Positions 31,055 to 41,815 are shown, counted from the stretch's first letter. The stretch is DNA of 64,000 bases from Promethearchaeota archaeon (GCA_014728035.1 WJMJ01000059.1:128001-192000), one strand, 5' to 3'. Program-made: numbers and translations. Notes: generated by a model not told the origin, from the letters alone.

Positions 31055-31199
31055 ATCTCAATTCTGCATCGGATAGTTTTGATATCACAATTTAATGTGA
31101 TACAAATCTTCTACATAACGCCTAACGCGAGATATTTTAAATTATTAGCTCGATGAGCTTTAAAAAAAGGTCTTGGAAGGTATATTTTCCTTCCCCTTT

Positions 31200-31466
31200 T
31201 TACATCCTGGAAACTATCTCCACTTCTACTTGGGCAACTCCTTCGATTGAGCTGATGGCATTTTCAATGTCCTCTGTGCCCCCCATTGCTTCGTCTCTAC
31301 CGATTCGAAGCTTCAGAGCTTTCAACCCAAATGCTACTGGTACAATCTCGGAAGCACGCACATCTGTTCCATCTGGAACAACCTCTTTTATTTGATCTGT
31401 TAGTGCGTTAAGGTCTACATCAACGTCTTCAGGCATCACTTTCATGGTAATTATTACTCTAGCCAT
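31200..31466 (-). CDS. ef1b: Elongation factor 1-beta
   Basis: KVMPEDVDVDL, PVAFGLKAL, GGTEDIE. Confidence 0.92.
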   Translation of the reverse strand: MARVIITMKVMPEDVDVDLNALTDQIKEVVPDGTDVRASEIVPVAFGLKALKLRIGRDEAMGGTEDIENAISSIEGVAQVEVEIVSRM

Positions 31467-31486
31467 TTTTTTTCACCTGTTTACAT

Positions 31487-31654
31487 TTATGGGCCTTCAA
31501 AACCACAGCTTGGGCATTTGTAATTGTTTGAAAATAATCTACATGACTGACATCGCCAAATCATAAAACTGCCACAAGATGGGCATTTGAATTTGACACT
31601 GTCTTCGTCAGGAGATACTGAACCGTGGCACGAAGTGCATCTTATTGCTTTCAT
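31487..31654 (-). CDS. Small zinc-finger protein (DUF1610 type) upstream of EF-1beta
   Basis: MKAIRCTSCHGSVSPDEDSVKFKCPSCGSFMIWRCQSCRLFSNNYKCPSCGFEGP*; conserved archaeal gene order; not in ORF track. Confidence 0.9.
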   Translation of the reverse strand: MKAIRCTSCHGSVSPDEDSVKFKCPSCGSFMIWRCQSCRLFSNNYKCPSCGFEGP

Positions 31655-31829
31655 TGATTAATTCCACCAGAGGGAAGTTGTAATGTTGGCTTTTTTGACC
31701 GTCTTGTGCAGTTATTATAAACCTACCTAAATCACCACATTCGGCTCTTGTATCTATTTTCCATGATACTAAAATATCTCAATTCATATATGTAATGAGA
31801 CCAGTTGCCATTATTGTAGAGTGATTCAT

Positions 31830-32864
31830 ATGGGCACGTCACTGAGCGATATAATCAAGGCCGATACAGTTTCTCTGAATGATCTCTCTGGCCGGAAGAT
31901 AGCTATTGATGCATTTAATACGCTCTATCAGTTTCTGTCTTCAATTCGTCAACCAGATGGTACTCCATTGATGGACCGAAAAGGTCGTATTACAAGCCAT
32001 CTATCTGGCTTGTTCTACCGTAGCCTTAATCTATTAGAAAAAGGCATTTTTCCCATTTATGTCTTTGATGGAACATCTCCTGAATTAAAAGAAGATGAAA
32101 TTGAACGCAGACGAGAAATTCGCAAGACCGCAAAAGAGGAGTGGGAAACTGCAAAAGCAGAAGGCAGAATTGAGGATGCGCGGAAGGCGGCACAGGCCAG
32201 TTCCAGCCTGACATCTGATATGGTTGATGAGAGTAAAGATTTGGTCCGTGCACTTGGCATTCCTGTCATCCAGGCACCTTCGGAAGGAGAGGCGTTAGCA
32301 GCCCAGATGACACAGGCAGATATGGTGTGGGCAAGTGCAAGTCAAGATTATGATTCACTTCTCTATAAGTGTCCTCGTACTATTCGAAATCTTTCTATCT
32401 CTGGCAGAAGAAGAATTTCCCGAACTAAGTCTTACAAGACAATAAGTCCTGAAGTAATTGATTTAGACTTGAATTTGCGCCTTCTAGAAATATCTCGTGA
32501 ACAATTAATTGATATTGCTATTCTTGTTGGAACTGACTATAATGATGGGGTTCGCGGGGTTGGTCCAAAAACAGCACTCAGGCTCATAAAGAAACATGAC
32601 TCGATTGATAAAATAGTTTCAGAGGGCATTAAAGAGATTGATTTTCCCTATGAGGAAATTAGAAATATCTTTCTGAACCCTCCTACAGCAGATATAAGTG
32701 AACCAGAGTGGACCAATCCTAATTATGAGCGAATCAAAGAGTTATTGGTGGAGCAACATGATTTCAGTGAGAACAGAATCAATAGTTCATTGGAACGATT
32801 AAGAGATGCACAACAAGAATTAGCTGATAAAGCTTCACAAAGTTCTCTGACCGATTTCTTCTAA
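31830..32864 (+). CDS. fen: Flap endonuclease 1
   Basis: AIDAFNTLYQFL, APSEGEA, SQDYD, GTDYN, C-terminal PIP box QSSLTDFF. Confidence 0.96.
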   Translation: MGTSLSDIIKADTVSLNDLSGRKIAIDAFNTLYQFLSSIRQPDGTPLMDRKGRITSHLSGLFYRSLNLLEKGIFPIYVFDGTSPELKEDEIERRREIRKTAKEEWETAKAEGRIEDARKAAQASSSLTSDMVDESKDLVRALGIPVIQAPSEGEALAAQMTQADMVWASASQDYDSLLYKCPRTIRNLSISGRRRISRTKSYKTISPEVIDLDLNLRLLEISREQLIDIAILVGTDYNDGVRGVGPKTALRLIKKHDSIDKIVSEGIKEIDFPYEEIRNIFLNPPTADISEPEWTNPNYERIKELLVEQHDFSENRINSSLERLRDAQQELADKASQSSLTDFF

Positions 32865-32923
32865 TTAGCGAGAACTCTAAATAGCACTGTAAGAACGAAA
32901 TATCACTTGAAAGGTGGTCTTGA

Positions 32924-33580
32924 ATGAAAGAACGTATGACCGCGATTAGAGCCTCTATGGCTGATGTTGTTAATGGTACCTATGATGATGATGGTGGTCC
33001 TCGTGTTGTATCACCAAAAGGCGTTGAGCTTAGACGTGTTTTGCTGGTAGGGCATGTTATTGATCAGTATATTGGTAAAGATAACTACTCAGTAGTTACA
33101 CTAGATGATGGTACTGCGACAGTACGAATAAAGGCATGGGGTTCTGAAGCTAGCTTATTAGAACCAGTTCGGTTAGGATCTCTCGTCATTGTTATGGGCA
33201 AAGTACGGGAGTACAACGAAGAAATTTATCTCACTCCAGAAATTATTCGTGAAGTATCTGATCCCAACTATATGACTCTCCATCTAATGGAACGCCATCG
33301 TACTGTATTGCTTAGTGGTGGATCTGCAACCATGATGCAATCCGTATCAGCATCCCCCTCTAAACCAAAACCCGTTTCATCAGAAACTGGCTCTCTGGGG
33401 GGTAAAATTCTGGAATATGTCAAATCCAATGCAGATGCCTCAGGGATTTCTAACCAAGACATCGTACACTTTTTTGAAGCAAGAGGATTTGAAAAATCTG
33501 AAATTCACCTACAACTCATTGAATTGCAGGAAAAAGAGCTTCTTACAGAAATCGCTGTGGGAAAATATATACTAACCTAA
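32924..33580 (+). CDS. RPA32-like OB-fold ssDNA-binding protein with C-terminal winged helix
   Basis: LDDGTATVRIKAW, GKVREYNEEIYLTPE; linker and helical C-terminus. Confidence 0.8.
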   Translation: MKERMTAIRASMADVVNGTYDDDGGPRVVSPKGVELRRVLLVGHVIDQYIGKDNYSVVTLDDGTATVRIKAWGSEASLLEPVRLGSLVIVMGKVREYNEEIYLTPEIIREVSDPNYMTLHLMERHRTVLLSGGSATMMQSVSASPSKPKPVSSETGSLGGKILEYVKSNADASGISNQDIVHFFEARGFEKSEIHLQLIELQEKELLTEIAVGKYILT

Positions 33581-33640
33581 CCATCTTCGTACTATGCGAA
33601 ATGACAAGCTTCAATAACACAAATGATGTGATTTCTAAAT

Positions 33641-34054
33641 ATGGACGACTATGATAGTTTACTCGACCGGGCTAGATCCAAGATTCCCGAAGATGCATTC
33701 AAAAGATCTGGAGAGCGCTTTCAAGTTCCTTCTGTCCAATTGATAGTTCAAGGAAATCGAAGTATTTGGCAGAACTTTCAGGAAATCATTACAGTTCTTA
33801 ACCGTCCTGGAAAGGAAGTTATGAAATTTGTTTCAGGACAACTTGCTACCGCTGGAAACTTTGAAGGAAGTACCGCCATATTCAATGGCAAATTCTCCGC
33901 TGAACAGGTTGAATCTGTTCTAGGCCAATATATTGAATCATATGTGCTTTGCCCAGTATGCACTCGTCCGGATACAAGTATTGAAAAAGAAGGCAATGCA
34001 TATTATTTGTCCTGTTCCGCTTGTGGTGCTCTTACCTCTATTCGCCCAGTCTAA
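33641..34054 (+). CDS. eif2b: Translation initiation factor 2 beta subunit
   Basis: YDSLLDRA, ERFQVP, CPVC..PDT...CSACGA. Confidence 0.93.
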   Translation: MDDYDSLLDRARSKIPEDAFKRSGERFQVPSVQLIVQGNRSIWQNFQEIITVLNRPGKEVMKFVSGQLATAGNFEGSTAIFNGKFSAEQVESVLGQYIESYVLCPVCTRPDTSIEKEGNAYYLSCSACGALTSIRPV

Positions 34055-34068
34055 AAGGAGAATTCACA

Positions 34069-34368
34069 ATGGTCCAAGTCTATATGCGGATTCATGAGCG
34101 GGTTGATCATTATCTCGTAAGTATCTGTGATATGGAGCTACTTGGAAAGACTCTTACTGATGGTAAGATTAAATTCAAAGTCAGTGAAGAGTTCTATGGT
34201 GGGGATTTGGTAGATCTAGAAACGTGTATGACCCACCTCAAGAAAGCAACAATTGCAAACATGGTAGGAAAATCTACTGTGGATGCCGCGGTCAATGCAG
34301 GATTAGTTCATGAACAGGCTATCTTATACATTGAAGGACATCCACATGCTCAGTGGGTGAAACTTTAG
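34069..34368 (+). CDS. DUF424-family protein
   Basis: ICDMELLGK, EEFYGG, ATIANMVG; SD GGAG before ATG 34069. Confidence 0.85.
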   Translation: MVQVYMRIHERVDHYLVSICDMELLGKTLTDGKIKFKVSEEFYGGDLVDLETCMTHLKKATIANMVGKSTVDAAVNAGLVHEQAILYIEGHPHAQWVKL

Positions 34369-34372
34369 AATA

Positions 34373-34747
34373 CTAGTGTTGTTTACCTCCACCACAGAGT
34401 GATTCATCACCGAACAGGGTACCATTTCCTTTCAAATAGTTATCAATAACTTCACGAACGGTTGAACCCACTGCTTTCATAACAGATATTCCTACTTGTT
34501 GACTTATCATATATGGTCTACCTCCCATTCCTGTGGCTAGAAGGACTTTCACTCCTCTATCGGCAAGCAACATCACTGGTTCCGCACAACTCCTGTGACT
34601 ACTATTTTCAATTGTTTCAACATCCACTATCTTGCCGTCTTCGATTGTTGAAACAACGAAGGCTGGGCAATGACCAAAATGGCTGCTGACTTGGCTATCA
34701 AGTCCCGTTAATTCACTTGCTGGTACTGCAACTTTTTCACTCTGCAT
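34373..34747 (-). CDS. NifB/NifX-family (FeMo-cofactor-binding-like) protein
   Basis: VSSHFGHCPAF, GMGGRP; likely ATG at 34747. Confidence 0.85.
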   Translation of the reverse strand: MQSEKVAVPASELTGLDSQVSSHFGHCPAFVVSTIEDGKIVDVETIENSSHRSCAEPVMLLADRGVKVLLATGMGGRPYMISQQVGISVMKAVGSTVREVIDNYLKGNGTLFGDESLCGGGKQH

Positions 34748-34752
34748 TATGT

Positions 34753-35172
34753 TCACCGTAATCGTAGTAGACTTGTTGAGCCACACTCAGGACAAGTCTT
34801 CCTTATGACATCTGTCATATTCAAAGATGTTTTACAATCCTCGCATTCAAGGATTAAATCCTGATCAGCTATGATGTAAACCCCTCCCTCTATTCTCAAT
34901 ACTAGACCTCGAACTAAAGCTTTTGCTACTTTTTCTCTAGCTGATGCTAAAATTCTGTTAAGGGTGGGCTGACTAACATCCATTTCAAGACTAGCTTCTC
35001 TCTGATTCAAGCCTAAGTAATCTGTTAGTTTTAACGCCTCAAATTCATCAACACTAATTCTAATCTCGTCTAGCTCTTTTGCTGGGATTCCTGCAGGTTT
35101 ATACACGGAAACTTTGGGTTCCCATGAGACCTTTCGTTGACGTTTTCTACGAGGCATGGTCATTTCATGCAT
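34753..35172 (-). CDS. DUF134 HTH protein with C-terminal zinc ribbon
   Basis: MPRRKRQRKV, YKPAGIP, EFEALKLTD, RIEGG, CEDC...CPECGS. Confidence 0.88.
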   Translation of the reverse strand: MHEMTMPRRKRQRKVSWEPKVSVYKPAGIPAKELDEIRISVDEFEALKLTDYLGLNQREASLEMDVSQPTLNRILASAREKVAKALVRGLVLRIEGGVYIIADQDLILECEDCKTSLNMTDVIRKTCPECGSTSLLRLR

Positions 35173-35245
35173 TATGATTCACAAAAGTCTTCTGATAGCT
35201 GCTGTCCATTCCATTACATTATTAGTGAATTCTACTTTTTTTTAG

Positions 35246-36331
35246 ATGATTAGAGTGACTCTACCATGCTATCAATGTGGCGAAGAAGCTATCCTGGAAG
35301 GACTTTGTCCAACCTGCTACCGCAAAAAATACCCTCTTGTGGAAGTTCGAACCCCCATCAAAATCACTGCTTGTAAGCGATGTGGGTCAATAAAGATTCC
35401 AGGTGGCTGGAAGACAATTCCAGGAAACATTGATGATTCAGAAGAATTAATGAATACTCAAGCCTCGTATGCTATCGGTCTTGAGGTTGGACTTCTAAAC
35501 CCAGCTGTAGAGTTGACAATAGATATTGAAAATCGCCTTGATCGAGTTTTACATGTCGATTTGATTGCATATGGAATGTCGCATAAAAAACTTGAACCCC
35601 ATGAAGAACACTATCCTGTTGAATTGAGGTTTCATTATGCTACATGTGGTACTTGTGGAATGATGAGTGGAGGATATCATGAAGCTATATTGCAGATACG
35701 TGCTGATGAACGTGAAGTATCTCAAGAAGAAATAACTGAAATCTTACGTATTGTGACAGATAAAACTGTCAGCAAATATGGTCAAGATACTAAAGCATTT
35801 GTAACGGAAGTAACTGAAAATAAATTTGGGATGGATTTGCGAATCGGATCTGAGCATCTCGCTAAGAGAATTGCTGACCAGCTTGAATCTCAATACCTTG
35901 CGGAGCGAAAAGACAATTACAAACTAATTGGTCAAGAAAAGGGTGGAAAGGAAAAATACCGTATCACTATTCTTATTCGACTACCTCGATTTCAGATAGG
36001 TGACTTTGTTAAAGTGAATAACTCTCCGTGTCAAGTGATTTCTTTGGGTAAAGGGGGACTCGGATGTTTTGATTTGCAAACTAGAGAGTCCTTCACTATT
36101 AATCCTAAGAGTGCAAAATGGAGAACTCTTGAGTTTCTGGACAAAGAAACCGTAACTCGTGAATACATGGTTACAATGAGGGCGTTTGACCAACCAATTC
36201 AGATAATGGATTCGAAAACCTTCGAAATATTAGAAATAGACCCCTCTCGTTTTGACAGTCCAGCTGAAACAGGAGGTACGGTACATGGTGTATTCCTTGA
36301 AGGAACCTTCTATCTCCTACCTATGAATTGA
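35246..36331 (+). CDS. nmd3: NMD3 ribosome export/biogenesis protein
   Basis: Four CxxC pairs, GYHEAILQIR, YRITILIRLP. Confidence 0.88.
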   Translation: MIRVTLPCYQCGEEAILEGLCPTCYRKKYPLVEVRTPIKITACKRCGSIKIPGGWKTIPGNIDDSEELMNTQASYAIGLEVGLLNPAVELTIDIENRLDRVLHVDLIAYGMSHKKLEPHEEHYPVELRFHYATCGTCGMMSGGYHEAILQIRADEREVSQEEITEILRIVTDKTVSKYGQDTKAFVTEVTENKFGMDLRIGSEHLAKRIADQLESQYLAERKDNYKLIGQEKGGKEKYRITILIRLPRFQIGDFVKVNNSPCQVISLGKGGLGCFDLQTRESFTINPKSAKWRTLEFLDKETVTREYMVTMRAFDQPIQIMDSKTFEILEIDPSRFDSPAETGGTVHGVFLEGTFYLLPMN

Positions 36332-36419
36332 TGGTAAATCTCTTCCGAGTTCGGTACTCTTAAATGGCTTATTATCACTTTTTAAAAAGACTAACAAGGT
36401 CCTTTATTGGAGGTATATT

Positions 36420-36734
36420 TTGTCACCCAGAAAAGATTCATCCGAAACCGAAACCTTTCGAGTACGAACACCAAGACGCCAAGATGGTGAAATATTTGGT
36501 ATAATAATTCAGATGCTTGGCCATGATAGAGTTCGTGTAAGGTGTGAAGATGAAGAAATCAGAGTAGGTAGAATTCCCGGAAGAATGAAGAAAAGAGTTT
36601 GGATGAGAGTCGGGGATACTGTACTAGTTGTACCTTGGGATTTTCAAAGCGATGAAAAATGCGATGTAGTTTGGCGTTACCGAAATAATGAGATTGATTG
36701 GTTAAAGAATCGCGGAATCCTTAAGATGTTCTAA
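36420..36734 (+). CDS. eif1a: Translation initiation factor 1A
   Basis: RIPGRMKKRVW, GDTVLVVPWDFQ. Confidence 0.95.
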   Translation: MSPRKDSSETETFRVRTPRRQDGEIFGIIIQMLGHDRVRVRCEDEEIRVGRIPGRMKKRVWMRVGDTVLVVPWDFQSDEKCDVVWRYRNNEIDWLKNRGILKMF

Positions 36735-36796
36735 TCTCAATATTTTCATTATGCAATGTTTAGTTAAAGGGAACTCTTCTCTTTTTTTCTTTTTAG

Positions 36797-37597
36797 ATGG
36801 TGTATAGTATGAAAAAGGCAGACTCTGAGTATGATCGTATTATTTCAGAGCTGGATCGCCGAAAAATGAAAAGGCGAAAAGATGTTGACGAATTCAAGGT
36901 AGTTGAGGGTGTTATTGATATCCCCACACTGAAGGCTCTTTATAGATTGTTCAATCGTAGCACTCTGAATGCTCTTCATGGAGTAGTAAGTACAGGAAAG
37001 GAGGCAAATGTTTATCGTGGTGAAGATGCAGATGGAAAGGCGGTTGCTGTAAAGATTTATCGTGTCAGCACTGCAGAAACTGACTTCATGCTGGAATATA
37101 TCATGGGTGACCCGCGATTTAAGAGGGTTAAGAAAAGGAGTCGTTCTTTGATACCTATTTGGGCTCTTAAAGAATTCAAAAATCTCACTCGATTTGATGA
37201 AGCTGGAATCCGTGTTCCCAAACCAATTGATATCGAAAGAAATGTTTTAGTAATGGAGTTTATTGGTGATGATGAAAAGTTTATCCCTGCTCCCTTATTA
37301 AAAGACGTAGTGTTGGATTCTCCAATTGATGTATTTGATGAAATAATATCAATGATTGAAATTGCATATACTGATGCAGATCTTGTTCATGCCGATTTGA
37401 GTGAGTTTAATATCCTTTGGTGGAACGGTCCTGTTATCATTGATGTTTCACAGGCGGTATTGTATAAACATGACTACGCAAAAAAATACCTTCGTCGGGA
37501 CATTGATAATATCTCAAAGTATTTCGGCCGATTAGGTGTCGAATCTGCAGACTCTGAAGAGATAGCTAGATACATTATATCTTCTGGTGAAAAATAA
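36797..37597 (+). CDS. rio1: RIO1 kinase
   Basis: STGKEANVY, KIYR, LVHADLSEFNIL, IIDVSQAV. Confidence 0.93.
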   Translation: MVYSMKKADSEYDRIISELDRRKMKRRKDVDEFKVVEGVIDIPTLKALYRLFNRSTLNALHGVVSTGKEANVYRGEDADGKAVAVKIYRVSTAETDFMLEYIMGDPRFKRVKKRSRSLIPIWALKEFKNLTRFDEAGIRVPKPIDIERNVLVMEFIGDDEKFIPAPLLKDVVLDSPIDVFDEIISMIEIAYTDADLVHADLSEFNILWWNGPVIIDVSQAVLYKHDYAKKYLRRDIDNISKYFGRLGVESADSEEIARYIISSGEK

Positions 37598-37599
37598 CG

Positions 37600-38166
37600 A
37601 TGTTATATCATGAAACTATTCGAATTCCGCAAGAACGTGTTGGCGTGTTAGTTGGCCGTGATGGTAGAGTAAAAAGAAGAATCGAAAAACTAACAAACAC
37701 AGATTTGGAAATTGACTCTGAAGGTACTGTAACGATTACGAATCCTGAAAAATCAGAAAATCCTGTTTTAGCATGGAAGGCACGAAATATTGTTCGTGCC
37801 ATAGCTCGTGGATTTAGTCCTAAACGTGCACTCTCATTAATAGATGATGATGCTCAACTGGTCATAGTTTCTTTGAAAGATGCAGTTGGATCATCGCCAA
37901 GTCAAATTCAACGAGTTGCTGGAAGAATAATTGGAGAACGTGGAAGAACACGACGTGTTATTGAAGAGATAACTGAAACAAAAGTATCAGTCTATGGCAA
38001 GACCGTATCGATAATTGGTGTTCCCCCAGGATTAGATTTTGCTCGAAGAGCCATCGATATGCTGATTACAGGGGCTCCACACAGTGCGGTATACACTCGT
38101 CTTGAAAGTATGCGAAGAGAAATGAATCGCATGAGAGCTGAACTATGGGAAGAGCATCCAGAATAG
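37600..38166 (+). CDS. KH-domain rRNA processing protein (Dim2/Pno1)
   Basis: GVLVGRDG, AIARGFSP, GRIIGERGRT, GAPHSAVY. Confidence 0.9.
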   Translation: MLYHETIRIPQERVGVLVGRDGRVKRRIEKLTNTDLEIDSEGTVTITNPEKSENPVLAWKARNIVRAIARGFSPKRALSLIDDDAQLVIVSLKDAVGSSPSQIQRVAGRIIGERGRTRRVIEEITETKVSVYGKTVSIIGVPPGLDFARRAIDMLITGAPHSAVYTRLESMRREMNRMRAELWEEHPE

Positions 38167-38214
38167 TAATACGGAATTTGATAAGCGAATAATCAATAAT
38201 TTTGATGATATAGT

Positions 38215-39726
38215 ATGAAATCCGGTTCAGAAGACAATTTCAGCAGTATTTCACCTGCTGAGTTCTTCTATCGTAATAAGCAGATGGCTGGCTTTGGAAA
38301 TCCTACTCAAGCTGTTTATTCTACGGTGCGTGAACTAGTTGAAAATGCTCTTGATGCATGTGAAGAAAAAAAAGTATTTCCTGAAATTCAAGTTATCATC
38401 AAGTCTATTGATACCAACACGCTATCAATAACCGTTTCAGATAATGGAACTGGCCTACCTCACAATCAAATACCCCGTGCGTTCGGTCGAATCTTATATG
38501 GTAGTAAATATGATGCAAGACAGCGTAGAGGGACTTTTGGACTTGGAGTTACTATGGCTGTTCTCTATGGTCAGATTACAACTGATACTCCAGTAATAAT
38601 TCACACACAACAAGAGAATTCCCCTGGAGTTTTCATAACTTTGACAATTGACATAGAAAAAAATCAACCGGTTGTTATCTCTGAAGATACCAGAAAGCGT
38701 AAACCGCCAGGAACTACTGTTACTATTCATCTTCAAGGAGATTTGACACGTTCAAGGGATAGGATTATCGAATACCTTACCCTTTCTACCATCGGCTCTC
38801 CTCACGCAAAAATAAAGCTAGAAATTGATGATTCTACATCTATGGCATGGGGTGCTTTCAGTGATGAGTATCCTGCATCAACAATATCTTGCAAACCCCA
38901 TCCTAGGTCTGCAGATTTCGAAATTTTACGTCGCCTTCTTAGAGCCAACCCAAATCTGAGCATTCACCAGTTTCTTGTTGAAAGCTTCCAACAGGTTGGA
39001 GATCGTACAGCTTCAAAGTTCCTCACGTTTATGGGGTTCGATTCTGAAATGAAGGTGACCGATTTGTCAAGAAAATTAATAGTTCGATTAAGTAATGCAT
39101 TGCAAAAATATGATGAATTTAATCGTCCTGATGCACGTTGTCTGAGTGCAATTGGTAAAGCCCCCATGATAGACTCCATTGAATCACTTTTCAGTCCCGA
39201 TTTCGTTGCATACGAATTCCAGAACCCTTCCGAGTGGAATGGACATCCCTTCATCCTTGAGGGTATTTTAGCTATCGGACCGGATTTTCGCCCAGTATCT
39301 ATACCCACTCTCTACCGTTTTGCAAATCGCGTTCCTCTCCTATATGATGCAAGTGAAGATATTCTTACAAAGGTTCTCCGGCAACTTCGATGGAGTCGCT
39401 ATGGATTAAAGTCTCCTCGCCCAGTAGCGATTTTCATAAATTTATGTTCTACTAGGGTTCCTTACAAGGCTGCTGGAAAGCAGTCAATTGCTGCTATTCC
39501 ACAGCTTGAATCGGCAGCGGACCTATTGTTTAAAGCACTTGGACGAAAACTAAACTCTGCAGTAAGAATGTCTGAACGATCTAGTCGTTACAAGCAACAG
39601 ATTAGAAAATTCACGAAATATTTCAAGCATATCGTCCAATTCAGTGCCGAGCTAGCTGACAGTAGCTCAATTCCCCCTGTTGATTCAATGATTCAAGATT
39701 TGTTTGAGGTGGATGTAGATGAATAA
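38215..39726 (+). CDS. top6B: DNA topoisomerase VI subunit B
   Basis: SPAEFF, ELVENALDA, DNGTG, RFANRVPL. Confidence 0.93.
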   Translation: MKSGSEDNFSSISPAEFFYRNKQMAGFGNPTQAVYSTVRELVENALDACEEKKVFPEIQVIIKSIDTNTLSITVSDNGTGLPHNQIPRAFGRILYGSKYDARQRRGTFGLGVTMAVLYGQITTDTPVIIHTQQENSPGVFITLTIDIEKNQPVVISEDTRKRKPPGTTVTIHLQGDLTRSRDRIIEYLTLSTIGSPHAKIKLEIDDSTSMAWGAFSDEYPASTISCKPHPRSADFEILRRLLRANPNLSIHQFLVESFQQVGDRTASKFLTFMGFDSEMKVTDLSRKLIVRLSNALQKYDEFNRPDARCLSAIGKAPMIDSIESLFSPDFVAYEFQNPSEWNGHPFILEGILAIGPDFRPVSIPTLYRFANRVPLLYDASEDILTKVLRQLRWSRYGLKSPRPVAIFINLCSTRVPYKAAGKQSIAAIPQLESAADLLFKALGRKLNSAVRMSERSSRYKQQIRKFTKYFKHIVQFSAELADSSSIPPVDSMIQDLFEVDVDE

Positions 39727-40780
39727 GAAAAAAGAGGATTCCCCTCTTGATGTGCTGAAAGACTTCGGTTCTAGACTTATGGTTGAAATCCAACGGGGTG
39801 TTTTCCCATCTATTTCCTTTCCAGATCGTGGTACTGATAATATTAGATTTGATTCGGATCTTGGGCGATTTACTCTTGGAAATGCCACTATTACCCGCGA
39901 CTCTAGTAATTTAAAACACATCAGAAGTTTTGCTCAACTTGTTTGGGTTGCCTCTTTTGTAAAGCAACTCCTTGAATCTGGTAGAACAAGCTCACTTAGG
40001 GACTTGTATTATTCTGCAGAAGCCTACGATGTAGAGTTTAAGAATCAAGCGGAATCGGACCGTATTATTACTGACTTAGAATGTGTGACAGGACTTGCAC
40101 GTGAAGACTTCGCTATCTATTCGGAAGAGCATTCCTCTATCTTTGGTCAACTTGTGATGAGATATACCGTGCCTGGATATGAGGACAAAACAGTAAATCT
40201 CACAATGAGTCCCGATGGTCTTCCTATTGGACCTGCACTTATGACTGCAGAACCTGTATCATCAGATGCAAGATGTATTCTTGCTGTTGAGTCGGGAGGT
40301 ATTTTTTCAAGATTGATTGAAACTCGTGCATGGGATCGCTTTGGCTGTATACTTGTTCATCTAGGTGGACAACCTCCACGCTCAACACGTCGGCTTATGC
40401 GAAAATTATGTGTACATTTGGACTTACCACTTTTTATCTTCACAGATGGTGACCCATGGGGTATGCATATTGCTCAAGTAATTATCAGTGGAAGTGCAAA
40501 TGCTGCTCACATCTCTGAACTGACAGTTCCTTCAGCAAAGTGGATTGGTATCACTCCCGAGGATATAACTCATTATAGTTTACCCTCTGAAGATATGAAA
40601 AACGTAGACCTAAAACGACTTGATGAGCTAACTCGTGATATTCGTTACGCTGATGAAACTTGGCAGAAACATATCCATCGTTTCAGGGAACTCAGAAAGA
40701 AAGCTGAACAGCAATCTTTCAGTAAATATGGTGTTGACTTTGTAGTGGATACATACCTGCCTGATAAACTGAATATTTGA
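39719..40780 (+). CDS. top6A: DNA topoisomerase VI subunit A
   Basis: LRDLYY catalytic Tyr, TOPRIM FTDGDPWG, KAEQQ. Confidence 0.93.
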   Translation: MNKKKEDSPLDVLKDFGSRLMVEIQRGVFPSISFPDRGTDNIRFDSDLGRFTLGNATITRDSSNLKHIRSFAQLVWVASFVKQLLESGRTSSLRDLYYSAEAYDVEFKNQAESDRIITDLECVTGLAREDFAIYSEEHSSIFGQLVMRYTVPGYEDKTVNLTMSPDGLPIGPALMTAEPVSSDARCILAVESGGIFSRLIETRAWDRFGCILVHLGGQPPRSTRRLMRKLCVHLDLPLFIFTDGDPWGMHIAQVIISGSANAAHISELTVPSAKWIGITPEDITHYSLPSEDMKNVDLKRLDELTRDIRYADETWQKHIHRFRELRKKAEQQSFSKYGVDFVVDTYLPDKLNI

Positions 40781-40786
40781 CCTCTC

Positions 40787-41815
40787 TCAAAGATACGTAA
40801 GAAGAAGAAATACTACGGTTCCATATGCAAGTACTGCTTGAATAAGCATAAGCAGCCGAACGTTCTTCTTTTCTGTTATCTTATTTGATAAGTGTGGAAA
40901 CAACCAATACATTGTGAATGGTCCAGTTACTTCAAGTGTGCCATCATTTCTCACATTTGCAAATTTTGCATATTCAATTCCTGTCTTTTTAACATATAAT
41001 CTATAAAACAGATACATTACAAAATTTAGTAGAAATGGCATGTAGAGCATTATAGCGAGTCTATCCATGTTTCCTATTATCAGTGCCGCTGCTAGCGTTG
41101 CACCAATAGGCAAACGACCAACATCACCCGGAAGTATTTTCGCGGGAAACCGATTGAAAACAAAAAAAGCGCTAACAGCTCCAAAGAGAGCAGCTGCAAC
41201 TATTCCCGAGTCCATTAGTATACTTGTTGACTCATCAGTAAGCACTTGTGTCATTATACTATAAATGATGACTGCAGAAGAGTTGATAGCAGCTAATCCC
41301 GATTCGAGTCCATTCATTCCTCCATACATATTTGTTGAATCAATGATGAAAGTCATCATTAATGGCACAACTGCTAAAGGATATAGTATACCCAAATCTA
41401 TTGTACCGATTAACGGTATATTCATAGTTCTCGTACCAACTTGTAGTGCTATCATTGGGATTGAAGCCACGAGTGGAAGAACTACTTTTGTTCTATTTCG
41501 AAAATCTAAGTTATCATCGAGTATTCCAATCATGCTTGCCATTAAAATTGAAACAAGTGCTGCAAGCAGAGCTGGATTGACAGTTTCAGATTGCTCCAGA
41601 AACGAGGTCATCCCGATCACAATAAGGAGTCCCGTAACAATTGCAAAAAGAATCACAAATCCTCCACCCTTTGGGACTTTTGGACGGTCAATTTTATGAA
41701 CGTCTTCTCCGTAAATTCCTTTTTCTTCCAGCATCTGAATTGTTCCGGGTGTGAATATGATTACAATCAGAAAAGATGTGATTGCAGCTACAAGAATCGA
41801 TAACACGGTTGACAC
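40787..41815 (-). CDS. UDP-GlcNAc:dolichyl-phosphate GlcNAc-1-P transferase (AglH/Alg7, MraY family)
   Basis: DVHK...PKGGG, GILDD, NMYGGMNGLE, FNRFPAKILPGDVG; multi-TM. Confidence 0.85.
   Translation of the reverse strand: MSTVLSILVAAITSFLIVIIFTPGTIQMLEEKGIYGEDVHKIDRPKVPKGGGFVILFAIVTGLLIVIGMTSFLEQSETVNPALLAALVSILMASMIGILDDNLDFRNRTKVVLPLVASIPMIALQVGTRTMNIPLIGTIDLGILYPLAVVPLMMTFIIDSTNMYGGMNGLESGLAAINSSAVIIYSIMTQVLTDESTSILMDSGIVAAALFGAVSAFFVFNRFPAKILPGDVGRLPIGATLAAALIIGNMDRLAIMLYMPFLLNFVMYLFYRLYVKKTGIEYAKFANVRNDGTLEVTGPFTMYWLFPHLSNKITEKKNVRLLMLIQAVLAYGTVVFLLLTYL

Noticed and set aside
39719-40780. Meiotic Spo11
   Set aside because: Overlaps top6B in the standard archaeal topoisomerase VI operon
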